A DNA stretch of 64,000 nt. Source: an uncultured Bacteroidales bacterium. GTDB taxonomy: Bacteria; Bacteroidota; Bacteroidia; Bacteroidales; VadinHA17. The DNA is taken from assembly GCA_963736735.1 (NCBI GenBank), contig CAVTPX010000007.1, positions 260,958-324,957 on the forward strand, given 5' to 3'. Under the pieces are notes generated by a model. The model made no database searches, was not told where the DNA came from, and saw only the letters and a program-made list of their open reading frames with translations. Position numbers and translations under genes: made by a program. Positions 22,351 to 31,046 of the stretch are shown one piece after another; positions within the stretch are counted from its first letter, which is position 1; each line of letters starts with the position of its first letter.

Positions 22351-23166
22351 ATGTCAGTTCACAAAGTGGTTAAAAAGGTCACAACGCACGTGCTTTTCGA
22401 GATGAAGCACAGGGGCGAGAAGATAGCAATGTTGACGGGGTATGATTATTCGATAGCCAGGATACTTGATGAAGCCGGGATTGATATAATTCTCGTCGGT
22501 GATTCCGCATCGAATGTCATGGCCGGTTTTGAGACAACCCTGCCGATTACGCTTGACAACATGATCTATCATGCTGCTTCGGTGGTAAGGGGTGTGAGCC
22601 GGGCTCTGGTTGTCGTAGACCTGCCGTTCGGGACCTACCAGGGAAACTCCACGGAGGCGCTGGCTTCCGCAATACGGATAATGAAGGAGACAGGTGCCAG
22701 CGCCGTTAAGCTGGAAGGCGGCCGCGAGGTGGTTGAATCGATAGAGAGGATACTTTCAGCAGGCATACCCGTCATGGGACACCTTGGTCTTACACCTCAG
22801 TCGATCCACAAGTTCGGTACATATGTCGTCCGCGCCCGCGAAGAGGAGGAGGCGAGGAAACTGAAGGAGGACGCACTTATTATAGAGAAGGCAGGCTGCT
22901 TTGCAATTGTCCTTGAGAAGATCCCCGCAGCCCTTGCAGGCGAGGTGGCAGAGAGTGTCAGGATTCCGGTCATCGGCATCGGGGCCGGACCGCTTGTGGA
23001 TGGACAGGTTCTGGTTCTGCACGATATGCTTGGCCTGAACCTTGAGTTTTCGCCACGGTTCCTGAGAAGATATCATAACCTCCACGACGAGATAGTGGGA
23101 GCAGTACAGCATTATATTACCGATGTCAGGTCAAAGGATTTTCCCAATGACAAAGAACAGTATTAG
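22351..23166 (+). CDS. panB: 3-methyl-2-oxobutanoate hydroxymethyltransferase
   Basis: The ATG at 22351 lies within ORF 22324..23166. PanB motifs are present: [26 protein letters not shown] and VKLEGG. A TAgcTTTG motif at 22319-22326 is a possible -7 element. Confidence 0.9.
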   Translation: MSVHKVVKKVTTHVLFEMKHRGEKIAMLTGYDYSIARILDEAGIDIILVGDSASNVMAGFETTLPITLDNMIYHAASVVRGVSRALVVVDLPFGTYQGNSTEALASAIRIMKETGASAVKLEGGREVVESIERILSAGIPVMGHLGLTPQSIHKFGTYVVRAREEEEARKLKEDALIIEKAGCFAIVLEKIPAALAGEVAESVRIPVIGIGAGPLVDGQVLVLHDMLGLNLEFSPRFLRRYHNLHDEIVGAVQHYITDVRSKDFPNDKEQY

Positions 23167-23868
23167 ATGAAGAGCCCGACACCCGAGATACTCTACGAGG
23201 ACAATCACGTTATTATTGTCAATAAACGGACCTCTGACATTGTTCAGGGCGACAGTACCGGCGATGAACCGCTGGATGACGTTGTCAGAGCATATATAAA
23301 GGAGAAATACAAGAAGCCGGGCGATGTTTTTCTGGGTGTGGTGCACCGTCTTGACAGGCCTGTCAGCGGTTGTGTTATCTACGCCCGCACATCCAAAGCC
23401 CTGTCGAGACTCAGCGAACTCTTCCGGACCCGCGAGGTTAAGAAGACTTACTGGGCATTGGTATCCGAAAGACCACCGGAGGATGAAGGGACAATCAAGA
23501 ATTTTCTGAAGAAGAATGAAGCCCAGAACAAGACCTACGTATACAATACAATGGTAAAGGGATCGAAGGAAGCTGAGTTGTCATATACAACAATAGGCCG
23601 CTCCGAGAAGTTTTACCTCCTTGAGGTTGACCTTCATACAGGCAGGCACCACCAGATCAGGGCTCAGCTGGCCTCAATCGGATGTCCTATCCGGGGCGAC
23701 CTCAAGTACGGTTACAAGAGATCAAACGAGGGTGGAGGGATATCACTGCATGCCAGGCGGATCTCTTTCGCTCATCCTGTGAAAAAGGAGGATGTAATTG
23801 TTGTGGCACCGCTTCCTAAGGAAAAGGGATGGGATCTTTTTGCGGGGATTGCAAGGTCTTCCAAATAA
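23167..23868 (+). CDS. RluA family pseudouridine synthase
   Basis: Catalytic motif HRLDRPVSG, plus HQIRAQLASIGCPIRGDLKYG. Confidence 0.85.
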   Translation: MKSPTPEILYEDNHVIIVNKRTSDIVQGDSTGDEPLDDVVRAYIKEKYKKPGDVFLGVVHRLDRPVSGCVIYARTSKALSRLSELFRTREVKKTYWALVSERPPEDEGTIKNFLKKNEAQNKTYVYNTMVKGSKEAELSYTTIGRSEKFYLLEVDLHTGRHHQIRAQLASIGCPIRGDLKYGYKRSNEGGGISLHARRISFAHPVKKEDVIVVAPLPKEKGWDLFAGIARSSK

Positions 23869-23898
23869 CAAAAAGAAGAGGTGCCTCTGCCGCACCTC
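23869..23898 (-). terminator. putative terminator hairpin (reads as a terminator on the minus strand)
   Basis: Stem gaggtgc/gcacctc (23878-23884 and 23892-23898). A T-run follows only on the minus strand (plus-strand A-run at 23869-23877). Confidence 0.4.
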
Positions 23899-23902
23899 TC
23901 CC

Positions 23903-23939
23903 GTACCTAACCTAAAACTAACCTAAACCTAACCTAAAC
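23903..23939 (+). repeat. CCTAA(A) pentamer/hexamer tandem array (TTAGG-type on the minus strand)
   Basis: Sequence is cctaa cctaaaa ctaa cctaaa cctaa cctaaa c. A short inverted relative, ttttaggttagggttt, lies at 16117-16132. Confidence 0.8.
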
Positions 23940-24000
23940 AAATCCATGAATGCTGCTGCCCTTCAGTGGGCTATGGCAGCCTAATATCCTTCAGGGGCTG

Positions 24001-24502
24001 TTACTTCGCCTCCAATATCTTTTTAACTTCAGCAAGTATCTTGTCAGCCTCTTTTGTTTTCTCCTTTGGTGCCCTGATGCTTACTGTGACACCGTCGACC
24101 GTAATATGGTAGTTCACACCTTCTCTTTCCCGAGCCATCGGGGCCATCGGGGCCATCCCACTCATGACAATCACGTCTTTCTGACCCTTCATTCCTTTCA
24201 TACCCTTCATTCCGGGCATCGGGTGGGGTGCCGGCATTCCCGAAGAATTCTCATCGTCACTTATAAATACCATTTTTCTTTCACCCGTAGTTCCATGAAT
24301 TACCCTGCCGTCTTTTGTTTCGATAAAGACTACCTCCGGCTCATCAAGGACTATTGTAGTGTCGGTGACGGTTCTTTTACCATCTATCGACCGTTTCTAT
24401 TGTTATTCTCTTCTCATACTTCTTTTCCTGGGCTGAAACTGTTGCTGAGGCCAGAAGAAGTACCGTCATGACGGCTGCAATTGTTGTAAGGGTGTTTTTC
24501 AT
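24001..24502 (-). pseudogene. small secreted Met/Pro/Gly-rich protein of unknown function, one frameshift
   Basis: The start ATG at 24502 gives MKNTLTTIAAVMTVLLLASATVSAQ. The frame breaks near 24385, and deleting one base gives ETVDDGKRTVTDTT, continuing into ORF 24001..24273. The central stretch reads SSGMPAPHPMPGMKGMKGMKGQKDVIVMSGMAPMAPMA. Confidence 0.55.
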
Positions 24503-24633
24503 TCTTTTTTACCTGATAGGTGATGGGTCAAAAGTAATTCATTTTCACGGGCCTATGGTTAATTTGAGGTTAAAACTGGTTAACAAAAAGTTAAAACGAA
24601 GCCAAGGCTTGTTTATATATTTAATTTTGTGTC

Positions 24634-26182
24634 ATGAACAAACGAAAACTGGTTGGTCTTATTGCCCTCATGATATTATCCCTCGGTGGAATAATATGGA
24701 TACAGGTGACATGGATCGGCAATGCAATAAGGGTTCGCAACGACCAGTTTGATTTCTTCGTTATAAACAGTCTCCGCAATACTGCCCGTAATATGGAAGC
24801 CTCTCGGAGGATGAGCTTTCTGAATGAGCAGTTTCTGAGCGGTTATCCGGTTCCTCCGATGCCCCGTGACGGCCGGGGAGGTCAGATCCGGGGAAGCTTC
24901 TCGGGAAGTCTGACAATAGATAGCCAGTCTTCGTTCAGCGAAGATTCTGTCGAAATAGTAATTGCCACCAATGACAATCCCCCTGTACGCATGAAGGTGC
25001 CACGTGACGGCCGGCAGGGTGAGAGTGTAGTGGTGGCGCCTGATGACTATATGCGCTGGATGCAACGCAGAGCCGGTGAATTTCAGTCGATGAGCAATCA
25101 GCTTATTACCGAAATGTTCATCTGGGAGAAAGACCTTAAGATAGACAGGGGGGAACTGGCCAGAACCCTGGGTTCTGAGCTTGTAGCTTCCGGCATCGAA
25201 ACACCCATTCGAGTTTGCCATTTTCAGGGGTGACTCGATAAGTGACGGAATTTATTCGAAGGCGAAGGCCAAGGATTTCGTGGCAAGCCCTTACCAGGTA
25301 AACCTCTTTTCAGAAGGGCTTGTAAGAAAAGGGGAGACCATCTCTGTTGTATTCCCGAAGAAGACCAATTATGTCCTCGGATCAATCGGGCTGATACTGG
25401 GCGGGTCGGCACTCTTCTCACTGATCATAATAGCCACTTTCGCTCTCAGTCTTTATTTCATAATTACGCAGAAGAAGATCTCGGAGATGAAATCCGACTT
25501 CATCAATAACATGACTCACGAGTTCAAGACACCCATTGCGACAATCTCGCTGGCGGCTGACACAATTGCAAACAATAAGGTGATATCTGATGAGAGTAAA
25601 GTCAGGCATTTCGTGGGGATGATAAAGAAGGAAAATGCGAGGATGAACAGGCAGGTGGAGACAATTCTGCAGATTGCCTCACTCGATAAGAAGGAGATGG
25701 ATTTCGAATTCAGGGAGATTGATTTTCACGAAGTCCTTACCCACGCCATTGACACCGTGGAGATTCAGGTAACAGAACGGGGAGGAACCATAATCCGACA
25801 TCTTGATGCAGCCAGTACCATTCTGTCGGGAGATGCCGAGCACCTGAGAAACCTGGTGCATAATCTCCTCGATAATGCAAACAAATATTCCGAGGAAGCA
25901 CCTGAAATTACGGTGAGTACTTCAAATGACGACAGTGGCATTACACTCACCGTAGAGGACAGGGGTATAGGGATGTCGAAAGCGGTGCAGAGCCGTATTT
26001 TCGAGCGTTTTTACCGGCAGACATCCGGCAACATACATAATGTCAAAGGTTTCGGACTGGGGCTGAATTATGCAAAAGCAATCACCGATGCCCACGGAGG
26101 AACAATAAACGTGGAGAGCGAACCCGGAAAGGGCAGCTGCTTCACGGTTTTTTTACCATTTAACGGGGAGACACGCGCATGA
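24634..26182 (+). pseudogene. sensor histidine kinase (HisKA + HATPase_c), one frameshift
   Basis: Fragments are 24634..25233 and 25280..26182. Removing the extra a at 25207 gives GIETPFEFAIFRGDSISDG. The H-box is FINNMTHEFKTPIATI, and the N and G boxes read LLDNANKY and GFGLGLNYAK. Confidence 0.8.
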
Positions 26183-26877
26183 GCAAAAAGAGCATGAAGA
26201 TATTTCTTGTTGAGGACGACCTGAGTTTCGGATCAGTTCTGAAGTCATATCTGGAAATTAACGATTTTGTAGTTGACCTGGTAGACGACGGCAAGTATGC
26301 TGTTGAACAGTTCCGTAAAGGTGTTTTCGATCTCTGCATTCTCGATGTAATGCTTCCTCATGTCGATGGGTTTACAATAGCTTCGGAGATTAGGAGTATG
26401 AATTCAACAATCCCGATGATTTTCCTGACTGCCCGGAAGCTTAAGGAGGACCTTCTGAAGGGATACGGAGTGGGGGCTGACGATTATATTACAAAGCCTT
26501 TCGATACAGATATCCTTCTATGCAAGATCAAGGCCATCATTTCGCGGAGGGATATGCAGGACGGGACGCGTGACATCTATGAGATAGGCAGATATCTCTT
26601 CAACTCGAAGCTTCGGACACTTACAGTCGGTAATGACGAGAAGAAGCTCTCCCCAAAGGAGGGACAGCTGCTCGAGATGCTGGCGATGGCGCCAAATTCA
26701 CTTGTCACAAGGGAAGCTGCGCTGAAGAAAATATGGGGTACCGATGACTATTTCACGGCACGGAGCATGGACGTCTATGTCACCAAGCTGAGAAAGTATC
26801 TCGGCGATGATCCTGCCATTACACTCAAGAATATTCATGGCGCCGGGTTTCAGCTGGTGGTGGAAGCAAAGGTCTGA
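26179..26877 (+). CDS. OmpR-family response regulator (receiver + winged helix)
   Basis: MKIFLVEDD...LDVMLPHVDG...ITKPF followed by a trans_reg_C-type C-terminus. It overlaps the kinase gene by 4 nt. Confidence 0.9.
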   Translation: MSKKSMKIFLVEDDLSFGSVLKSYLEINDFVVDLVDDGKYAVEQFRKGVFDLCILDVMLPHVDGFTIASEIRSMNSTIPMIFLTARKLKEDLLKGYGVGADDYITKPFDTDILLCKIKAIISRRDMQDGTRDIYEIGRYLFNSKLRTLTVGNDEKKLSPKEGQLLEMLAMAPNSLVTREAALKKIWGTDDYFTARSMDVYVTKLRKYLGDDPAITLKNIHGAGFQLVVEAKV

Positions 26878-26904
26878 AGTCTGAGGTCTGAGGGTCTGAA
26901 GGTC
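26871..26904 (+). repeat. GGTCTGAR 7-8-mer tandem array
   Basis: Sequence is ggtctgaa gtctgag gtctgag ggtctgaa ggtc. The first TGA is the response-regulator stop codon. TGAs fall in all three frames within 17 nt. Confidence 0.8.
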
Positions 26905-26943
26905 ATGCGGTCGGCAAATCCCGAAGGGGGAGCGAACGTATAG

Positions 26944-26965
26944 AAAATGCCCGGTGGGCATTTTT
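26944..26965. terminator. bidirectional intrinsic terminator between the response regulator and cdd
   Basis: Sequence aaaatgccc-ggt-gggcatttt(t): a 9-bp stem with an A-run on one side and a T-run on the other. Confidence 0.6.
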
Positions 26966-26993
26966 AGTGAGTAGCCAGACGGTGTGGGCGCAT

Positions 26994-27087
26994 GATAGAT
27001 TGAAGATAGAAGATACCTCTGAATCCCGAAGGGCTGACTTAGGATAGATAGGTTAACAGATACCTCTGAATCCCGAAGGGATGACAT
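26994..27087 (+). repeat. two tandem ~47-nt units, each with a CCCGAAGGG mini-hairpin
   Basis: The 28-nt word agatacctctgaatcccgaagggctgac (27011-27038) recurs at 27058-27085 with one mismatch. Each copy is preceded by gatagat-type sequence. A partial copy, aaatcccgaaggggg, lies near 26917. Confidence 0.8.
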
Positions 27088-27096
27088 TATGATAGG

Positions 27097-27582
27097 TCAG
27101 CGGTTGAGGTTCGATTTATTGAACTGGAGTGGCATCAGTGATTCACAACTATCGAGTACGAAGATTTTCTTTTTTCCGGCAAGAATCACCCTGAAATGTT
27201 TCCCTGTCCTGAGCTCTTCCTCGAGCAGCATCTGCCTGCAGTTTCCGCAGGGCGGAACTGGCTCGGAGGTAATATTCCCGTTTGAAATGGCTGTAATTGC
27301 AATTGCAACAGGGTATCTGTCAGGGAAATTGGATACAGAATATGACAGGGCTGTTTTTTCTGCACAGCTGCCTGAAGGGAAGGCGGCATTTTCGACATTG
27401 GCTCCCTTTACTACTGTGCCGTCATCGAGCAGGATTGCCGCTCCTACCATAAAATGAGAATAGGGTGCATATGCTTTTTTGGCTGCATCTGCTGCACTTT
27501 CTACAAGCATCCTTTCTGAATCGGACAGTTCTGACGTGTTTTCGTACTCCCTGTATAATGTTTTTATCTCTTTCTCGTTCAT
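27097..27582 (-). CDS. cdd: cytidine deaminase
   Basis: The ATG at 27582 lies within ORF 27097..27660. The zinc motifs are SCAEKTAL (CAE) and PCGNCRQ. Confidence 0.85.
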   Translation of the reverse strand: MNEKEIKTLYREYENTSELSDSERMLVESAADAAKKAYAPYSHFMVGAAILLDDGTVVKGANVENAAFPSGSCAEKTALSYSVSNFPDRYPVAIAITAISNGNITSEPVPPCGNCRQMLLEEELRTGKHFRVILAGKKKIFVLDSCESLMPLQFNKSNLNR

Positions 27583-27693
27583 TATATGCCACTGTAAGTT
27601 AAAGCGTGATAAAAGTACTAATATTTTGTCATTTGCCGGAATCCGGCATTTTGCGGTCATTACATAATGTCTATTTTTGTTAAAACTGAAAAA

Positions 27694-28722
27694 ATGAGGT
27701 TCTCCTTTAAATATATACCCGCACTAATTTCATTATTGCTGCTTATATCATGCGGACCTGCGAGGATGTCAAAGACTTCCGGCCTCTCCCCGGGGTCGAT
27801 TCCTTCCCAGGCCGATGAATACCTGCGCAAATACAGCACCCTGGCAATAAGGGAGATGAACCGGACAGGGATACCCGCCAGCATCACACTGGCACAGGGA
27901 ATGCTTGAGTCAGACTACGGCCGCAGCACACTGGCCAGAAAGGGGAACAATCATTTCGGGATAAAGTGTCACAGCGACTGGAGAGGTGAAAAGATCTACC
28001 ATGATGACAACCGGAAGGGTGAATGTTTCAGGGCATACCGGACAGTAGAGGACTCTTACAGGGACCACTCTGACTTTCTCGTTAAAGGTTCACGCTACAG
28101 GGAGCTCTTCAGGCTTAGCAGCACAGACTACAGGGGCTGGGCACACGGACTAAAGAAGGCGGGTTATGCAACTGACCCGAAATATCCGGCACTGCTCATC
28201 AGAAAGATAGAAGATTACGGGTTGCATACATTTGATACGGGTGGCAAAACCGGATCACTGCCCGTTAAGCAGCCAGCGGTCATCAATACACAGACTGACA
28301 GTGTTACTGTTCCCGTGCAGGTTCAGCAGCAGGATCAGGTCGCGGTGACACAGCAGTTACCGGTAAAAAACGTAAGTATCGGGACCGTTCAGATGGAGAT
28401 GAACAATAATGTTCAGTATATTATTGTTCGTGAGAATGATACTTATAAGTCTCTGGCAGAGAAATATATGCTTCTCTCCTGGGAGATTGTCCGGTACAAT
28501 GATCTTGCACCCGGTGCACCCCTGCAACCCGGTCAGGTTTTGTACCTGCAGCCAAAGAGGAATAAGGCTGAGGCAGGGTTTAATCTGCATACAGTTTTGC
28601 CAGGCGAGACAATGTATTCCATCTCTCAGAAATATGCTGTAAAGCTCTCCTCACTTTATAAGATGAACCTGATGGAAGAAGGTACAGAGTGCGCAACGGG
28701 GCAGAAACTGAGGCTGAGGTAG
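27694..28722 (+). CDS. lipoprotein with glucosaminidase (N-acetylglucosaminidase/FlgJ-like) domain and two LysM domains
   Basis: The ATG at 27694 gives MRFSFKYIPALISLLLLISCG (lipobox). The glucosaminidase motif is LAQGMLESDYGRSTLARKGNNHFGIKC. The two LysM repeats read YIIVRENDTYKSLAEKY... and HTVLPGETMYSISQKY... Confidence 0.8.
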   Translation: MRFSFKYIPALISLLLLISCGPARMSKTSGLSPGSIPSQADEYLRKYSTLAIREMNRTGIPASITLAQGMLESDYGRSTLARKGNNHFGIKCHSDWRGEKIYHDDNRKGECFRAYRTVEDSYRDHSDFLVKGSRYRELFRLSSTDYRGWAHGLKKAGYATDPKYPALLIRKIEDYGLHTFDTGGKTGSLPVKQPAVINTQTDSVTVPVQVQQQDQVAVTQQLPVKNVSIGTVQMEMNNNVQYIIVRENDTYKSLAEKYMLLSWEIVRYNDLAPGAPLQPGQVLYLQPKRNKAEAGFNLHTVLPGETMYSISQKYAVKLSSLYKMNLMEEGTECATGQKLRLR

Positions 28723-28825
28723 AGGATGAGGCAGAGGGAAGAGGGAAGAGGAAGAGGGAGAGGAAGAGGGAAGAGGGAAGAGGGAAGAGGGAAGAGGGAA
28801 GAGGGAAGAGGGAAGAGGGAAAAGG
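28708..28825 (+). repeat. GA-rich array containing a 93-nt pure-purine (GAGGGAA)n tract
   Basis: ctgagg ctgagg tagagg atgagg is followed at 28733-28825 by A/G only, mostly GAGGGAA heptamers with 11 GGG tracts. It fills the gap between the convergent LysM and fmt genes. Confidence 0.9.
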
Positions 28826-28842
28826 CGAAAAGACAGTTTCTG

Positions 28843-29800
28843 TTAGCTGACTGTACTGCCTGAGACATCATATCCACTGAGAAATTCAGCAGCGGTCATT
28901 CTTTTCCGCCCTTCAGGCTGAAGCTCGGTTATTTCAACCGATCCTGTTCTGCAGGAAATAAAAAGTTGTTTTCGGTTGCCAACTGTAATCATACCGGGCT
29001 CCGGATTGAAACCAACAGCCTGTTTACTTCCGAAAAGTTTCAGTTTCAGGGGTCGGCCTGCAATAATCAGCGTCGTCACGGCTCCGGGATATGGTGATAA
29101 TCCTCTTATCTTATTGTGAACCGAGAATGCCGGCTGTGTCCAGTCAATTACAGTATCAGCGGGGAAAATTTTAGGTGCACTCTTCAAAACTGTGCCGGGT
29201 GCAATTATCTGTGGTACCGGTTTCAGAGTTTTTTCAGCAAGTCCCTTTACGGTTTCTGTTACGAGCGCCGCCCCCATTTGCATGAGACGGTCGTGGAGCT
29301 GGCCGGCTGTCTCTTCGCTACCTATTTCCGTCTGGCGGGAGAGCAGAATCCTGCCTGTATCAATTTCACTGTCGATGAGAAAAGTTGTAACCCCTGTCAC
29401 AGTCTCGCCGTTCATTACGGCGTGGTTAATGGGGGCGGCGCCGCGGTACTGAGGCAGGAGGGAAGCATGCAGATTGAATGTTCCCAGTGCCGGCAGGCTC
29501 CACACTTCCCCGGGAAGCATGCGGAATGCCACAACAACAAAAATGTCAGCATTCAGCTCCCTGAGAGTGCTTATAAATGAGGGATCACGCAGTTTTTCGG
29601 GCTGAAGTACTCTTAAGCCCCGCCGTAAGAGCATATTCCTTAACAGGTGAAAAAGTCAGTTTACGGCCTCGTCCTGCCGGTTTGTCGGCCACGGTTACAA
29701 CTGCGGCAATATCAAAACCTTTGTCTGCAAGAGCGCGGAGGCTTGCCACGGCAAACTCCGGCGTGCCCATGAATACTATCCGTGGGCCGGCATCAGTCAT
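28843..29800 (-). pseudogene. fmt: methionyl-tRNA formyltransferase, one frameshift
   Basis: Fragments are 29585..29800 ([12 protein letters not shown]) and 28843..29634 (NLHASLLPQYRGAAPI). Deleting one base near 29611 gives [15 protein letters not shown]. Confidence 0.9.
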
Positions 29801-31046
29801 CCTCGCCTTTTTTTGGCGTCTTGTAGGAGATCAGGTTGTGACCCATTTTATTGGCTTTTGTCTCAAGATAAAATGAGTTATACCTGTTTGGTTCCATGAT
29901 CAGGGGTATGGCCTCGACAATAGAAATTCCGTAGCCTTCGAGGCCGGCTCTTTTCACAGGGTTGTTAGAAATGAGCCTGATTTTTCCAAGTCCGATCTCG
30001 CGCATGATGCTGGCACCTATTCCATAGTCTCGTTCATCTTCCCGGAATCCGAGTTCAATGTTTGCCTGAACCGTATCACGTCCCTGTTCCTGAAGCTTGT
30101 AGGTCTTTATTTTATTTATAAGGCCAATGCCCCGGCCTTCCTGGCTCAGATATACAATAGCTCCCTTGCCGGCTTCATCAACCATCTGCATGGCCTTGTG
30201 AAGCTGTGGTCCGCAGTCACATCGCTTTGATCCGAATATATCGCCGGTGAAACAGGATGAGTGCACCCTTACCAAAACGGGTTCATCCTTCGTCCATGTA
30301 CCTTTTACCAGTGCTGCGTGCTCGAGGCCGTTGCTCAGCTGTCGGAAGGGTATGAATTCAAAGTCTCCGAATTCAGTCGGCAGTTTGACCTGTTCACCTT
30401 TTTCAACTATCGATTCAATGCCCAGTCTGTACCTTATCAGATCCCTGATGGCAACGATCTTCAGACCGAATTTCTTCGAGATTTCCATGAGATCGGGCAG
30501 ACGTGCCATCGAGCCGTCTTCATTCATAATTTCAACAAGTACGCCTCCGGGGCGCAGACCTGCCAGTCGCGTCAGGTCTACAGCAGCTTCGGTATGTCCG
30601 GCTCTGCGGAGAACACCTTTTGAGCGTCCCTTGAGGGGGAATATATGACCAGGTCTGCCAAGCTGCACGGGTGTGGTTTTCGGATCGACCAGGGCCTTAA
30701 TTGTCTTGGCTCTGTCACGTGCCGAGATGCCGGTGGATGTTTCAGGACTCAGCAGGTCCACTGAAACTGTGAACTGAGTTTCGTGAAGGGATGTATTATG
30801 GCCGACCATCATATCCAGCTCCAGCTCATCGCATCTCTCCTCGGGAAGAGGCACACAGATAAGACCCCTGCCGTGTGTAGCCATGAAATTTACAATCTCG
30901 GGGGTAATCAGTTCGGCAGCGCAGATAAAGTCGCCCTCATTCTCCCTGTCCTCATCATCAACCACAATTATAACCCTGCCTTCCCTGATTTCATCAATGG
31001 CTTCGTTTATAGTATTCAGTCTGGAGCTTTCAGTCATTTCAAACAC
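29793..31046 (-). CDS. ribBA: bifunctional 3,4-dihydroxy-2-butanone-4-phosphate synthase / GTP cyclohydrolase II
   Basis: Motifs [12 protein letters not shown] (RibB) and [21 protein letters not shown] (RibA). The start is GTG at 31046 or ATG at 31037. Confidence 0.95.
   Translation of the reverse strand: MFEMTESSRLNTINEAIDEIREGRVIIVVDDEDRENEGDFICAAELITPEIVNFMATHGRGLICVPLPEERCDELELDMMVGHNTSLHETQFTVSVDLLSPETSTGISARDRAKTIKALVDPKTTPVQLGRPGHIFPLKGRSKGVLRRAGHTEAAVDLTRLAGLRPGGVLVEIMNEDGSMARLPDLMEISKKFGLKIVAIRDLIRYRLGIESIVEKGEQVKLPTEFGDFEFIPFRQLSNGLEHAALVKGTWTKDEPVLVRVHSSCFTGDIFGSKRCDCGPQLHKAMQMVDEAGKGAIVYLSQEGRGIGLINKIKTYKLQEQGRDTVQANIELGFREDERDYGIGASIMREIGLGKIRLISNNPVKRAGLEGYGISIVEAIPLIMEPNRYNSFYLETKANKMGHNLISYKTPKKGEDD

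Noticed and set aside
23903-23939. The TTAGG/TTTAGG repeat as a telomere or a sign of eukaryotic contamination.
   Set aside because: It is only ~37 nt long and embedded between ordinary bacterial genes that continue on both sides. It belongs to the same class as the other short arrays in this window.
28656-28877. 73-aa minus-strand ORF with an SSLFPLP repeat. ORF 12737..13045 is a similar case.
   Set aside because: Each is simply the reverse-strand translation of a tandem array: (GAGGGAA)n here, and the 12889 heptamers for ORF 12737..13045. There is no start context or conservation.
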